Source of the DNA: Octopus sinensis
Lineage: Eukaryota
DNA length: 64,000 nt
Direction of reading: 5' to 3'
Assembly (NCBI RefSeq): GCF_006345805.1
Contig: NC_042998.1
Coordinates: forward strand, 99,944,001 to 100,008,000
The translations under genes and the position numbers were made by a program. Below the pieces are notes generated by a model. The model saw only the letters and a program-made list of their open reading frames with translations, was not told the DNA's origin and searched no databases. Positions 24,369 to 36,680 of this stretch are shown here, one piece after another (the stretch's first letter is position 1; the number at the start of each line of letters is the position of its first letter).

Positions 24369-24709
24369 TTCAGTCATTTGACTGTGGCCATACTGGAGCA
24401 CCGCCTTTAGTCGAGAAAATCGACCCCAAGACTTATTCTTTGTAAGCCTAGTACTTATTCTATCGTTCTCTTTTGCCGAACCGCTAAGTTACTTATGGTA
24501 TGGCCGTATAGTTAAGAAATTCGCTTTCCAAATCTTTAGCACCTTAGACCAGTGTCTTCTACTGAGACGTCCAAAACTTAGTAAATTGATTTAGTTTACG
24601 GAAACAGAAAGATGTCCGTCGTATATATGCGTCTGTGTGTATTTTACACATTAACGTTTATTTTCCAATTATTTCTATTTTCTTAAAGCTAACGCACGCC
24701 GTATTTTCC

Positions 24710-26749
24710 ATGGAAAATATTCCTGATAGTTTGGATGGGAAGAACAAGTATGATCTAAGTGAGTTTTCTTCCACTTTGAAAGACCAAAACCATGAAAATG
24801 AGACTCGGGCAACTGGCATAAATATGAATGACTCTGGCGAAAAAACTGCGTGTACAAATAATCCAATCGCTATATTAAATAGAACCAGTTTTTCTGACAG
24901 TCCTATTCGACAATGTGTCCGACAGTACAAGAGACAAAGAAACAAGATCTTGGGCCGTATATTACAGGCAATTTGTCAAAATCGAGACATTAACATCTAC
25001 GTCCAGCTAATGAAACTTTTAAACTGTAATAAAAAACACAAACGTTCTGAAGATTCACTAAATTGTAAGATTGCAATTGATGATAACACTGCCCTTAGTA
25101 GTGTGAAAAAGAATAAGAAATGCAAGGATAAACCGGGAAATACCCTTTCTACGATTTCGCAAATTAATAAAACACGTACTACCTGGTGTCCAAGTCACAT
25201 CACACAATTTATTGAGATTTTAGGCTTGAGTGAACAAATATCCAAAGAAAAAACACATAACTCAAGTTTCAAAATTACAGAAACAAACAAGAATCAAAGC
25301 TGCCAAATCCTTAAAAATAAACCATTAGCTTTTCTAGAAACTGTCTTGAAAGTTCTGAAGATGAAAAACTACCCGGAATTGTTGCTGATTATAAAGCCAA
25401 GTCAAAAAGCGATTATCAACAGAAATATTAGAAGAAATATTCTTCAGATTGCCATTCGTACGAAACCCAAAATACAATATAAAAAGAACAGGATGGTAGA
25501 ATTATTTAAACCAAAAGATCATAATGCAAACAAGCTTGTTACTAAAGACAATTGTTTCAGCGAAAAATCTACACATTCGCCAAACTCTGGTGACGGTGAT
25601 AAATGTAACTACGATCTCAAGAAAATTGCTGATGACCATAAAGAATACGTAAATCCCAACAAAATTCAAAGTGCATCAGAAAATTCGGCTAAGGCTGAAA
25701 AAGATTCAAGAAACACAAATGAACCTGTGGAACTTACAAAATTCCCCAAAACTCCTAAGAAAATGATTGATCTGCGATCAATAAAATGTTCCAATAATAA
25801 AAAATTGGATCAAAAAAAGAAACCAAAACACACAGTAAAAGATATAATAGTTGAAATAATAAAGAGCAATAAGGAGAAATCTAAACCATCTTCCCTATCT
25901 TCTGTGAAATTAAATGAAGATACAAATATTTTTAATACATCTGGATCTGCCTCAGTTCCTGGATCATCGATGTCTAAAAAAGTAAGCGCTTGCTATGACA
26001 TAAATTTGACTAGATCAAACTATTTACAACGAAAGGGTGTTGAACCTAAGAGCGTGCTAACAGGTCCAAAATATTCATTGTTATGTAAGAGAACGAACGA
26101 AAGTGATTTAGGGAATGCACCCGATCGACCTTTAGCGAAAAGAAGGTCTTCAGGCATTGATGAAAGGTTTTTTGATGATAATGTCATACTGACAGGTGTA
26201 CCTTGCTCAACAGAATTCAATGAGGTTATTGAAGAAAGAATAAAGGATAGTCAAAACATGGCGATTCAAATGTATAAATGCAGACAAGATGATGACATTA
26301 AAAACGAAATATCGAAGTATAAAAGGTGTTTATCTTTCCTCGAACTAAAGCAACGCTTCGAATTAACAAGCACGCTAGGCAATTTTATGTGTTGTCCCAT
26401 CGACAGACAAATCTCTTTACATGTGCAACACTTAAAACAAAGACGTCTCTTAGAACAACAGTTGAACTCTCGGCTAACGCGCCTTGAAAATAGATTTGAA
26501 AATTTATTTGACGGTCTTACCAATCGACAGACAAAAGTTCTTAATGTTTTGAACATGGACTTCGAGAAAAACTCTTTAACAGCTAGATCCCTAACACTTC
26601 CTCTACGTAAAGGACCAACTCGTGAGAACAAACATTCAATCTGTTATCAACAAATTACGGCTGCACCTTCTATAATGATAACACTTTTGAGAGAAGATGA
26701 AGTTTATGATACTTTCTACAGTCACAGGCTCCCTTGGAATCACTTATAA
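24710..26749 (+). CDS. Intronless ORF, ~679 aa, K/N/S-rich with a C-terminal coiled-coil-like segment; function unknown
   Basis: 2-kb uninterrupted frame in AT-rich DNA; pyrimidine-rich acceptor ttatttctattttcttaaag ends 24688, 21 nt before ATG 24710; AATAAA at 26780; no transposon motifs recognised. Confidence 0.7.
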   Translation: MENIPDSLDGKNKYDLSEFSSTLKDQNHENETRATGINMNDSGEKTACTNNPIAILNRTSFSDSPIRQCVRQYKRQRNKILGRILQAICQNRDINIYVQLMKLLNCNKKHKRSEDSLNCKIAIDDNTALSSVKKNKKCKDKPGNTLSTISQINKTRTTWCPSHITQFIEILGLSEQISKEKTHNSSFKITETNKNQSCQILKNKPLAFLETVLKVLKMKNYPELLLIIKPSQKAIINRNIRRNILQIAIRTKPKIQYKKNRMVELFKPKDHNANKLVTKDNCFSEKSTHSPNSGDGDKCNYDLKKIADDHKEYVNPNKIQSASENSAKAEKDSRNTNEPVELTKFPKTPKKMIDLRSIKCSNNKKLDQKKKPKHTVKDIIVEIIKSNKEKSKPSSLSSVKLNEDTNIFNTSGSASVPGSSMSKKVSACYDINLTRSNYLQRKGVEPKSVLTGPKYSLLCKRTNESDLGNAPDRPLAKRRSSGIDERFFDDNVILTGVPCSTEFNEVIEERIKDSQNMAIQMYKCRQDDDIKNEISKYKRCLSFLELKQRFELTSTLGNFMCCPIDRQISLHVQHLKQRRLLEQQLNSRLTRLENRFENLFDGLTNRQTKVLNVLNMDFEKNSLTARSLTLPLRKGPTRENKHSICYQQITAAPSIMITLLREDEVYDTFYSHRLPWNHL

Positions 26750-26779
26750 ATTCAACAGAAAATATTTTTATTTATATTA

Positions 26780-26785
26780 AATAAA
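26780..26785 (+). promoter_or_regulatory. Candidate polyadenylation signal of the 679-aa gene
   Basis: AATAAA 31 nt after the stop, followed by T-rich sequence. Confidence 0.45.
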
Positions 26786-27519
26786 ATTCTTTTTATCTTT
26801 GAAATGGAGAGTTTTTGATATTTCTAATATCGTATGTTTATTTTTATTTTTATTTTTTTCGTAGACTGGAAATTTTAGAACAATACTTCTATATGATCAA
26901 ATCTCTCAATATCTAATCTTTAAAAATATCAGAACACTCAACCGCGCAAGCCCCTCAAAAATTTGTCTTCATGCCCTTATAGTTGTGTGCAATTAATAAA
27001 CCAGTAACCGAATAAAATGTTTTGTGGTATTTGGTTGCGACCATGTACGTTCTAATTTCGAATGCCATTGACGACAACTTTGCCTTCCATCCTTCCAGTC
27101 AAATACTGAGCTCTATACGAGAAATGTTTTTATTAGTGTGGAGAATAAAATGATTTTGGCCAACTTTGGAAAGAAACACGAGAAAAATATAATAACCAGC
27201 AATACATTGGGTCATTTTGGAACAAGATGAAGACAAAGATTGCAATGTAGATCAATATAGTAATTTTTTTCTTTCAGATCAATGTTTTAAATCAATCACG
27301 ACAGATGGCAGGTAACAAACACAAGTAAAACTATTCTAGATACATTTTTTAAGAGAATATGCGAAGTTAATAGATTCAATGAAAACAATTCATGCACGAC
27401 AACACAAATATGAAAGAATTATGTGACAGACATCATTTTTCAAGGAAGTTCTAATGCATGCAGTTATTACAATGCCATAGTTCAAATGTTCATCAAAATT
27501 TTTCAGTGAATATAATATA

Positions 27520-28497
27520 TAAGGCATCCCAGAATTAACTATTTCAATGAAATCAGGCAGATTTTTAAAAAACTGACAGAATTTTGCTTATTAGTTAATT
27601 ATGATACCAAAACAAATAGACTTATAAATCTTACGTCAAAACTTTATTGAAAATTTTCGATATGTGCTCCGTCTGTATCTCTGCAAATTTTAAATTTATC
27701 CTTAGTATTGCGAAACTTATTTTGAAGCATCTCAGGAGTTATCTCCTGCGCAGCTGACCGAATATGTTCCTTAAGTTTAACTAAACTATTGCTCCATCCT
27801 GGGGATGGAGGTAGAGAAAATGATTGCAGTTAAATTGAGTAAAAGCTATCGTAGACAGATAAGCGGTATCCAACAGGAATGAAAATAAAATTATTAAAAA
27901 AATTATAAAATTTTAAATTTATACACTTTTGACCGACAGATTTAAAAAATAATTTTTTGTAACTAAACACTTTCAAACTTCGGACACTGGTAGAATGTGT
28001 CATATAAAACAACTTTTACTCTTAGCATTTCGTTTGTCACTGTTATTTATGACATCGTGCGTTTGTACTGGTTTTAACTTTAAGGTTTTAGGGCTGGGGT
28101 TAGGGTTTTAGGGTTAGGGTTGTCATAAATAACAGTAACAAACGAAATATACACCGCCGGAAGTTCTTGTTGACAAACAACAGCAGTAATTTTATTCGGC
28201 TGAATACACGTCATTGATTAGTTGAAATTACCGAAATAGGACAACTTTAACGTGAAATAACTTCGTAAATGTAAGTTTTTCTCAAAAATTCTAAGAGTAA
28301 AAGATGTTTTATATGACACATTCTACCAGCGTCAGAAGTTTGAAAGTGTTTAGTAACAAAAAATTATTTTTTAAGTCTGTTGGTCAAAAGGTAAAGATCC
28401 CACTTTTAACAAATATTAAACATGATAAACATAAATAAGAGTTTTTAAAAAATTGTCCGATTTCCCTAAAATAGATAGTTTATTCTGGAATACCCTG
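27520..28497. mobile_element. Old Tc1/mariner-like non-autonomous element containing a nested foldback MITE
   Basis: TA-flanked ~55-bp imperfect TIRs (cagggtattccagaataaactat...). Confidence 0.5.
27920..28400. mobile_element. Foldback MITE (…aaagatcc terminus) with a left-arm deletion and a telomere-like centre
   Basis: 27927-28025 is the reverse complement of ~28290-28391; 28027-28054 pairs with 28121-28148; TTAGGG-like centre. Confidence 0.8.
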
Positions 28498-29301
28498 TAT
28501 TTTAAACGTGATTGCAGTGGCAGCTTGTAGATAAAATTAGTGGGGGTGCTGCTTCAGAAAATTTTTAGCCGTTGTTTTAATACTGTGAAAAGGGAAACAA
28601 ACACATAGAAAGAAAATTTATACATAAACTACTACCGAGTAGTGTGTTTAACTTGCTCACTGAACACCCCCGCGAATTCCCTCTTGTTTTTAAAAATCCC
28701 TCGTAAATCACAAAATAAGGGAGGGGATGTGCCCTATTTTTCAAATCGTGCAGCAACACTGAAGCTGAAAGCAGGATAGTAATCTAATTCTACACTTTAT
28801 CACATTCAAGAAACACTATCTTTCGTCAGCACACCGGGGTTGGTACTGCATGAACAACAGCGCTATCTCCCTCCCTAGCGTGCAGCTTCTTATCTCGGAC
28901 ATGTGGGCTTGCGCACAACAGCCAAACACCGCGTTGCTGGAACTGTGAAGCGCACTGTTCTATACAAAGATTTTTGTATTTTTTTCATAAATTAGGGATG
29001 GCTACTGACATTAAGCTTAACGATTGTATGACCTGCTAGAAATAGCTGCTAAATTTCCAGCAAATTGCATTTTACCATCTTAAAAAACGAGAACACATTA
29101 GCTAAAGTAATCCGTTAACGATTATCTGATGATCGAACACCTTCTTGTTTGATCTATTCGAGTGCGTATTTACAGTACTGTCCTACTTCATTTTACCAAC
29201 TTCATTTTCTTCAGCTTCAGTGAATTTTCTTTCTATCACAGCCATCTATTTATTTCTACATTGCTGGGATCTCTGTGCTCCGATTTCTATATTTCTACAT
29301 A

Positions 29302-29856
29302 CGAGGGGGTACCCAAAAGAAACTGGAATTTTACAATATTATTTTATTCACTTAATTTTACATGTTTACACTTATATTGTCTTCAAAGTATTCTCCATTT
29401 GAAGCAAGGCATCGGTCTAGATGCGTTTTCCACTGTGGCAAATTCCATAGCATCAGCTTTCACCACAAGTGATGACCTTCGAAAAAATGGTCCGGATCAA
29501 CTTCCAACTGTTCTTTTAGATCAAGACACGCGTTCAATCGTGACTGCCTTTGATCTTCCGTGAGCAAGCAAGGCATAAGTTTTGCTGCAACTCTCTTCAT
29601 TCGCAATTCCTCGCTCAAAATTCGTTGGCAGGAGCTCCAGGACACACCAGCATAACTCAGAATTTCACGGAAGCACGATGTTCCTTCGTTTCAGCCATCA
29701 CAAAAATCGAAGAAAAGAGGAGAAGCATTGCAAAACAAAGACGTACCACTTGGTAGTACAGACTATCTAGATGACGTCGGTTAGCAGACTGCTGTCCGAA
29801 CTACAACGGGCTAATTCCATAGAGAACGTTTCCGGTTACTTTGGGTTACCTCCTTC
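29302..29856 (-). mobile_element. Internally deleted non-autonomous mariner
   Basis: TA-flanked TIRs (cgagggggtacccaaaagaaactggaa / gaaggaggtaacccaaagtaaccggaa); remnants MAETKEHRASVKF, SCQRILSEELRMKRVAAK, CLASNGEYFED. Confidence 0.75.
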
Positions 29857-30751
29857 TATGTGTCGATCACACACTATTTCCAAAACCATCACCTTGCCTG
29901 AGGGGAATTAAAAATGTAATCAAACTACGAAGTGCTGAATTGCAGGTTCTATGTTTCTCCAATAGACAGAAACAATTCTGGTCAAGAGATTGGAAACAAC
30001 TCTGAAATCCCAAAAGGAGTTATTCCCCTTGTTTTGAACAGCCTTAACCTATTAAGTCCCACTATTTTAACATTAAATAAGCTATATCACATTGTCCCAG
30101 TGTCCTATTTATAGGACACCGAGTATTTCCATTTCTACTTAAAGGAGTTTTAATCTTTTTTTTTTTTTCATTTTAACCTATTTTCAATCATCTGTGAAAA
30201 TTTAAAAGTAATATTCAGAAATTTTATATTAAAATTTATGTTTTTTCTCACTAGGAATTAAAACCTATTTTGAATTCAATACAGGAAATAAACTACAACT
30301 AAAAGAACGATTAAAAGTTTGGTGTTGGCTTGGGATACAGAGTACAATGTAGTTGATGGCTATGAACCCCAATATATCAAGCGATAGATCGATATTATTG
30401 TGTCTCATGATTGAAACCTGTTTACGTGTTAGGGTTTTAGCTAGAAACAACAGTCAAATTTCCCTCAACTCACAACCTAGCATCTCAATGATATGATATT
30501 TATAAACTGTGTCAATAAGGAAAAGAAAGCATGCTGGTGACAAGAATTCCTTTCATTATAAATCTGTTTGATCACAGTTGGTGTGGAAGTAAACAACGAT
30601 TCTCTGAAATTTCATCACAGGAAATTACTTCGCAGTAATTACATCGCCTAGGTAATTAGATAGATAGCCAGTATACAGTTTGGTAGATTCATTGTCAAGC
30701 CTACAGTATGTGAAAGTTGTTCTTTTATTAATTTATTTTTTATATTATTTC

Positions 30752-31384
30752 GGATCTTTTCCTTTTGAACGGCAGTTTTCAACACAATTTCTAGTTAACT
30801 AAACACTTTTAAACTTCGTATACTGGTAGAATGTGTCAAAATAAAACACTTTTTTCTCTTGGCTTTCTTGAGAAAATTGTAATTTGCAAGTTTAACGTAG
30901 TTTAATTTTTCGAATTTTGACCAATCCTATGCCCTCTATTAAGCTAAAATCATTTGCTGCGTCTAAAACTGAGACATCCTGTCACTAACCCTACCCCTAA
31001 ATTTTAGCCTTTGGTTTTTTTTAATTGTTAAATTAATTTAATTGTTACGCGTGTGTCTAAAATTATTCGTTTTGTTTTTGTTTTGAGTTTTTGCTTTCGT
31101 TTTAGCCTTTCGTTTTTTTTTCTTAATTGTTAAATTAAAATTATTTTCCATTGCTTTCGTTTTTTTTTCTTAATTGTTATCCTTAAATTAATTTAACAAT
31201 TAAGAAAAAAAAAACGAAAGGCTAAAATTTAGGGTTAGGGTGAGAGTTAGGGTTAGTGACAGGATGTTGTTTGTTTTAGACGCAGCAAATGATTTTAGCT
31301 CAATAGAGGGCATAGGATTGAGTTTAAAAGTGTTTAGTTAACTAGAAATTGTGTTGAAAACTGCCGTTCAAAAGGAAAAGATCC
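30752..31384. mobile_element. Foldback MITE with TIR ggatcttttccttttgaacggcag
   Basis: Long inverted arms; right arm lacks ~100 bp present in the left; TTAGGG-like subterminal runs; internal A/T subrepeats. Confidence 0.85.
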
Positions 31385-32288
31385 GAGAATCACTTGTACT
31401 TCCAGGGATAAGTGGCGTGAAACTGGCGGAGCTCCGCCCAATCGGCGGATCTTTTCCTTTTGAACGGCACTTTGTAACATAATTTCTAGGTACCTAAAAA
31501 GTTTTAAACTTCGTATACTGGTAGAATGTGTTTATAAAACATCATTTTCTCTTGACTTTATTGAGAAAATTCTATATGTTGTAAGATATTTCGACTTTAA
31601 TTTCGAGCATTTCGGCAATTTTAACCAATCGCTTACGTCCATTTAGGTAAATAATATTCTGTGCATAATGAATATGTCCCTCCTTTAAGAAACAGATTGG
31701 GTTTATTTACATTTGTGAAGAAAAAAAGATACCCTTCCCCAACCCCTAACTCTAAATCTAAAATAGATTGAAATGCAATAGATCGATACTAGGGCCATAA
31801 TTATAGGTGACATTTTCATTTGACACCGCTAGAAAAAAATCCCATTTTCCGTAGCGGTGTCGTATGAAATTGTCACCCATAATTATAACCCTAGTATTGA
31901 TCTATTGCATTTCAATCTATTTTACATTTAGGGTGGGAAGGGTATCTTTTTTCTTCACAAATGTAAATAAACCCAATCTGTTTCTTAAAGGAGGGACATA
32001 TTCATTATGCACAGAATGTTATTTACCTAAATGGACGTAAGCGATTGGTTAAAATTGCCGAAATGCTCGAAATTAAAGACGAAATATCTTACAACGTATA
32101 GAATTTTCTCAATAAAGCCAAGAGAAAATGATGTTTTATAAACGCATTCTACCAGTATACGAAGTTTAAAACTTTTTAGTTACCTAGAAATTATGTTACA
32201 AAGTGCCGTTCAAAAGGAAAAGATCCGCCGACTGGGTGGAGCTCCGCCAGTTTCACGCCACTTATCCCTGCAAGTACAAGTGATTCTC
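31385..32288. repeat. ~900-bp palindrome: two head-to-head copies of a ggatc-family MITE plus ~62 bp of shared flank
   Basis: Arms 31385-31831 and 31852-32288, 20-nt spacer, scattered substitutions and one ~10-bp indel. Confidence 0.9.
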
Positions 32289-32879
32289 TCCTGACCTATC
32301 AGAAATAGTTAAGTGGTTGATTAGAATCACAACTTTAGGTATGACCCTTTACTTACTATACACAGCAAAAATTTAAGAACTCCACGCGGTTTACTCGTAG
32401 CTGCAATGAAGAACTGTATTGCGTTTACCCAGTAGCGTGATTCTTATAAGACCTCTATTCTGTGTGCATAGGAAGCGTTCATGCATCCCATGACCCTCAA
32501 GCATTCCTGTCGCACAAACTACAGCCAATAGTACCTCCTCCAACTTTGCATATTTCTCTTTCCTCTTCTTCTAAACAATGATGTCTCCTGTTAGCACTAT
32601 CTCCATGGAGAAAGCCTTCACTTTTGCTGCCCATTTTGCTCCATTTCTACACTTTATACTATAGCGTTGATTTGAAATCTAACCGCTTAATTTAATCTTC
32701 TATAATCTTTTTCTTGTAGCTTATAAAAAAAAACACCATGTATAGTAACCCGCATTGAATTTACTAGGAACCCCAACCATGAAATTATAAGTTCACAATC
32801 ATGAATATCTCGCAACAGTTTTATATAGATCCTAAAATCGATCAATCAGCTTGAAGTTAAGGTGTGAACAGCATCTCGT

Positions 32880-33683
32880 ATGTTCTGGAGTTTTGCGCCA
32901 TTCTTCCCTAGCGCCTGAATCACGGCAGACCGCCGCTGACATTTAAGAAAAGCAGTTAACGGCTCTTTCCCTGTGCTTTAACATTTGGCGGCGTATTTAT
33001 ACCTTCGTTTTTCCCTTTTCCATATAGCAAATGGCTAAGCCAACGCGATGAAGCTATTCCCACTTACTGTTCTGATAACCAATAAATCTGTAATAATTTA
33101 TGTATGATACATGCATAATTTTTCTATCTATAAAATTTGTTGCTAAACGTTTGCGAGCTTGCTTTTGTTATAATTCATGTAGCCAAGCTGATCTTACATT
33201 CGACTAAAAACGATAAAGTATCCATCTTTTTCACGACCAACCGCTCTGTGATGGTCTCCCGCAAACACATATATATTATTAGCTCGCGACAAACAATAAC
33301 GTCAACTTCAAAAGCAGAATTCCGTCGTTCTTTCTTTTCAACAGATATAAATAAGTCAATGAAAATTAGTTGCTGTCATTCTTCCAAGAAATAACAGCCA
33401 AATTTCTCTCAAAACACACTGTACATTTCATAAAAGGAAGGATTGTTCTAGATGCACTGTATCTGAAACAGAGATGGTATAGTCATGGTTGTACGCCTTC
33501 GACGATAGACTTGTTCAATCAGCAGCAAAGATAAACATCAAGAAAATATTGAAACCGGAATTATATTTCAGGGCGACTAAATTCAGCCGATACCTACCGT
33601 AAAACGGTGTATATCAAAACAATTTGTAGTTCCATAAATAAAATGTGAAATCACTTGTCTGTAATAAAACTTATTGCAGGAAA
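32880..33683. promoter_or_regulatory. Probable DHX34 promoter / 5' UTR region
   Basis: CpG-retaining, repeat-poor DNA just upstream of the first coding exon; TCT-like ctctttcc near 32964 and YY1-like gcgccatt at 32895. Confidence 0.4.
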
Positions 33684-34057
33684 ATGTCCAGCTCAGATGA
33701 ATCTTTCGATTCGCACAAGAAGAAGCATTCAAAAAAACATAGACATAAAAAGAAAGATCGAGACAAACATGAAGCCCGAATGAAAGAGTCACACAAGGAT
33801 GACAAACATAAGAAATATCATTCAAAACATAGGCATTCGTCCAAAGACGAACAAGAAAAAAGATATTCAGACCCAACTTCATCGCATTATAAATCGGAAT
33901 CTAGCCGGGATAAAATCCTTCATCACAGTTCCACTAGTGATAATCGATCTCCCACTGTTACACCTTACCAACAGCCACGTTATCAGTGTTTAGACTTTAA
34001 AAAACACCGCCATTCTCTAGATAAAATATTTTTTTCCGATGACTCTGTTATTAAAAG
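33684..34057 (+). CDS. DHX34: DHX34 first coding exon (start ATG 33684)
   Basis: MSSSDESFDSHKKKHSKK... K/H/S-rich N-terminus then FKKHRHSLDKIFF; donor AAAAG|gtagag; acceptor-like ttattgcag ends 33679. Confidence 0.8.
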
Positions 34058-35685
34058 GTAGAGTATGTATGTTATAAATATTTACCCTCCATGAATTACT
34101 TGCGGAATAAATATAGAGCGAATATGCCAGTCTGCACACAACGCCAATGTTCGAACGATAGACTTCTAAATTTAAATTATTCTGCAAAGATCAATCATCC
34201 AAACGAGTGATGATTTCATTTACGTTATAGATATGTGTTCTTGTTAATCATTTAAAATTTTAGTTTGGCAGACCCAAGATTTCTCTCTTTTTTTTTCTTT
34301 TTATTTTTTGAGGTATTGCATAGTTGTCCATTGGGGGTATGTTTAAACGAAATAATTAGAAGTCAAAAATTTGCTGTTCAGAATTTCTTAGAAACAGTGG
34401 TTTCGAAAGTAATTTCTATGTATGAGTGTGCTGACACTTATAAAACGAAGCTTAATCAGTTTACATAACTAAACAATAAATGTTTACAAATACCAATAAA
34501 ACGGGGTTAGGAGTAAATAAATATACAGAGATCATATATCTGCTTGTTGTTATTGATTGTCCTTAAGTCAGGCCTGGTCAATCTTGCACGTCTATGATCA
34601 GAAGCATTCCAGCATTGACCATACGTCTCCTTCCACTTTCAGAATATTGCTTATCCAATGTATTATCACTTTTGAGACATTGCTATAGAACAGAGTCGGA
34701 AACTACCTTGTGCACCAAAAACTAATTTCTTTGGATGTGCATGTTTTAAATATAGTAGATTATGATGCTGAAATAAATAAATAAAAAAATAGTTTGCTCC
34801 CACCCTTTTTACTTTTTACTTTCTTTAAAAAAAATTTCAGATTTCTATTTTAAATATCTGAGATGTCCTCAAAAATATGTGTTGAACTTTTATAGCATAA
34901 ATCTGAACAAGTTTCGGGAAAATAAAATCAGAATTGAGAAATTACAGTGAAGAATGAAGATGGGGTAAAAAAAATAATTCCCTGCAAAAAGAAAATTATT
35001 TTTTGCCAAATTGTAATCTGTGATGCTTAAAACACATATCCGAAGGAATTATACTAGATAATTTCTAACTCTATTCTATAGGAATGCTTTTCCGAAAACT
35101 GCTAGTTGTAATTTTAGGGTGATTTAACTATTTCTGGCTGGTCTATTATTCATATGCATTTAGTCTCATTGCCTAGGTACACACTTGGTTACATCCATTC
35201 CCTGCATTGTCTTCTTTTTCATCCACCTCATAACTCACAACATCCCATTTCCACTGCAAGCACCATACACTGCTTCTCGCATTCCCTAGGTCCTTCATAC
35301 TTCAGACTCTTTCTTTCAAGTGCTTACACCATATTGCCTTCCCAAAGTGCCACCATTTCAATAATCAAGGCTATTTTTGTCAAATCAACCGTGACATAAG
35401 ATCAAGATATTGCATATTTCAATATAGCTGGCTAACACAAGCACTTGTTCTGCCTTTATGTGCTTACTCATGTGTGTGTGTGTGTATTTAAGCACAGGTG
35501 GTGGTTACGTGGTAAGAAATTTAATTTTCAACCACATTGTTCCAGGTTCTGTCCCACTGTGAGGCACATGTGACAAGTGCCCTCTACTTTAGTTCTGGGC
35601 CTTGTGAGTGGATTTGGTAGACAGAAACTGAAAGAAGCTTATGTGTGTGTGTGACACACCCATACAGACATACATATTGCATGTG

Positions 35686-35771
<86 letters not shown>

Positions 35772-36420
35772 ATCATGCTAATGATTATGACATTTGGCAG
35801 AATCATTAGCATGGCAGGCAGAATACTTAGCAGCATTTTATTCATCGTTACGTTCTGAGTTCAAATTCCGCCGTGGTTGACTTTGCCATTCATCTTTTGA
35901 GAATAGTACCAATTGAGCACTGGAGTCGATGTAATCAACTTACCTCCAACCCCGAAATTGCTGGCCTTGTGCCAAAATTCGAAACACTTTTTTGTTACAT
36001 GGATCATAAGAATACGAGTTATTCCCCTTGTACCATGTATCATCCAGTCCAAATCAAAACTTTAAAAACTTTTTAAAATTGCATGTATGTTTTAAAATAT
36101 TTCTAACCTAGCTATCTGTTTTCTAAATGAAACAAGTTCTTTAATGATTTGAAACGTAAAACTTTAAACAACAATTGTTTGCAGTTTCCACTACAAGTGA
36201 CCTGTGTCTGTTTGTACCAACGCCTACATATGCATATACACACACACACATACATACATACACTCACACACACACACACATATATATATATACATACATA
36301 CATACATATATATATATATAAAAATAAGACTGGAGTCTAGTGCAGCCCCTCAGCTTACCAGCCCTGGTCAAACTGTCCAACCCATCCCAGCATGGGTAAC
36401 GGACGTTAAAAGATGATGAT

Positions 36421-36680
36421 GATATATATATAATTATACACACACAAACATGTCTATACATTATATATACATACACACATTTATACATACATACACACAC
36501 ATACATGCATACATACACATACATACACACACACACACATACATACGTACATACATACATACACACATACACACACACACACACATTACATATGTACATA
36601 CATATGTATGTACATACGTACGTACATACATACATACATACACACACACATACACACATCATACATACATACATACATAT
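36421..36680. repeat. Compound (CA)n/(TACA)n microsatellite
   Basis: Read directly; ends ~35 nt before the acceptor at 36715. Confidence 0.95.

Noticed and set aside
24635-24709. N-terminal 25 aa of the 704-aa ORF-track call
   Set aside because: Starts at GTG and overlaps a polypyrimidine tract and acceptor; ATG 24710 is more plausible.
32400-32640. Minus-strand RKEKYAKLEEVLL resembling a pogo/Tigger HTH
   Set aside because: Short, stop-interrupted, no TIRs found.
33060-33600. Minus-strand donor-like sites (33067 GTAAGT, 33597 GTAGGT) suggesting a divergent gene
   Set aside because: Such hexamers are common in AT-rich DNA and no minus-strand coding exons were found.
33645-33683. Upstream extension of the DHX34 ORF
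   Set aside because: Non-ATG start spanning an acceptor-like site; ATG 33684 preferred.
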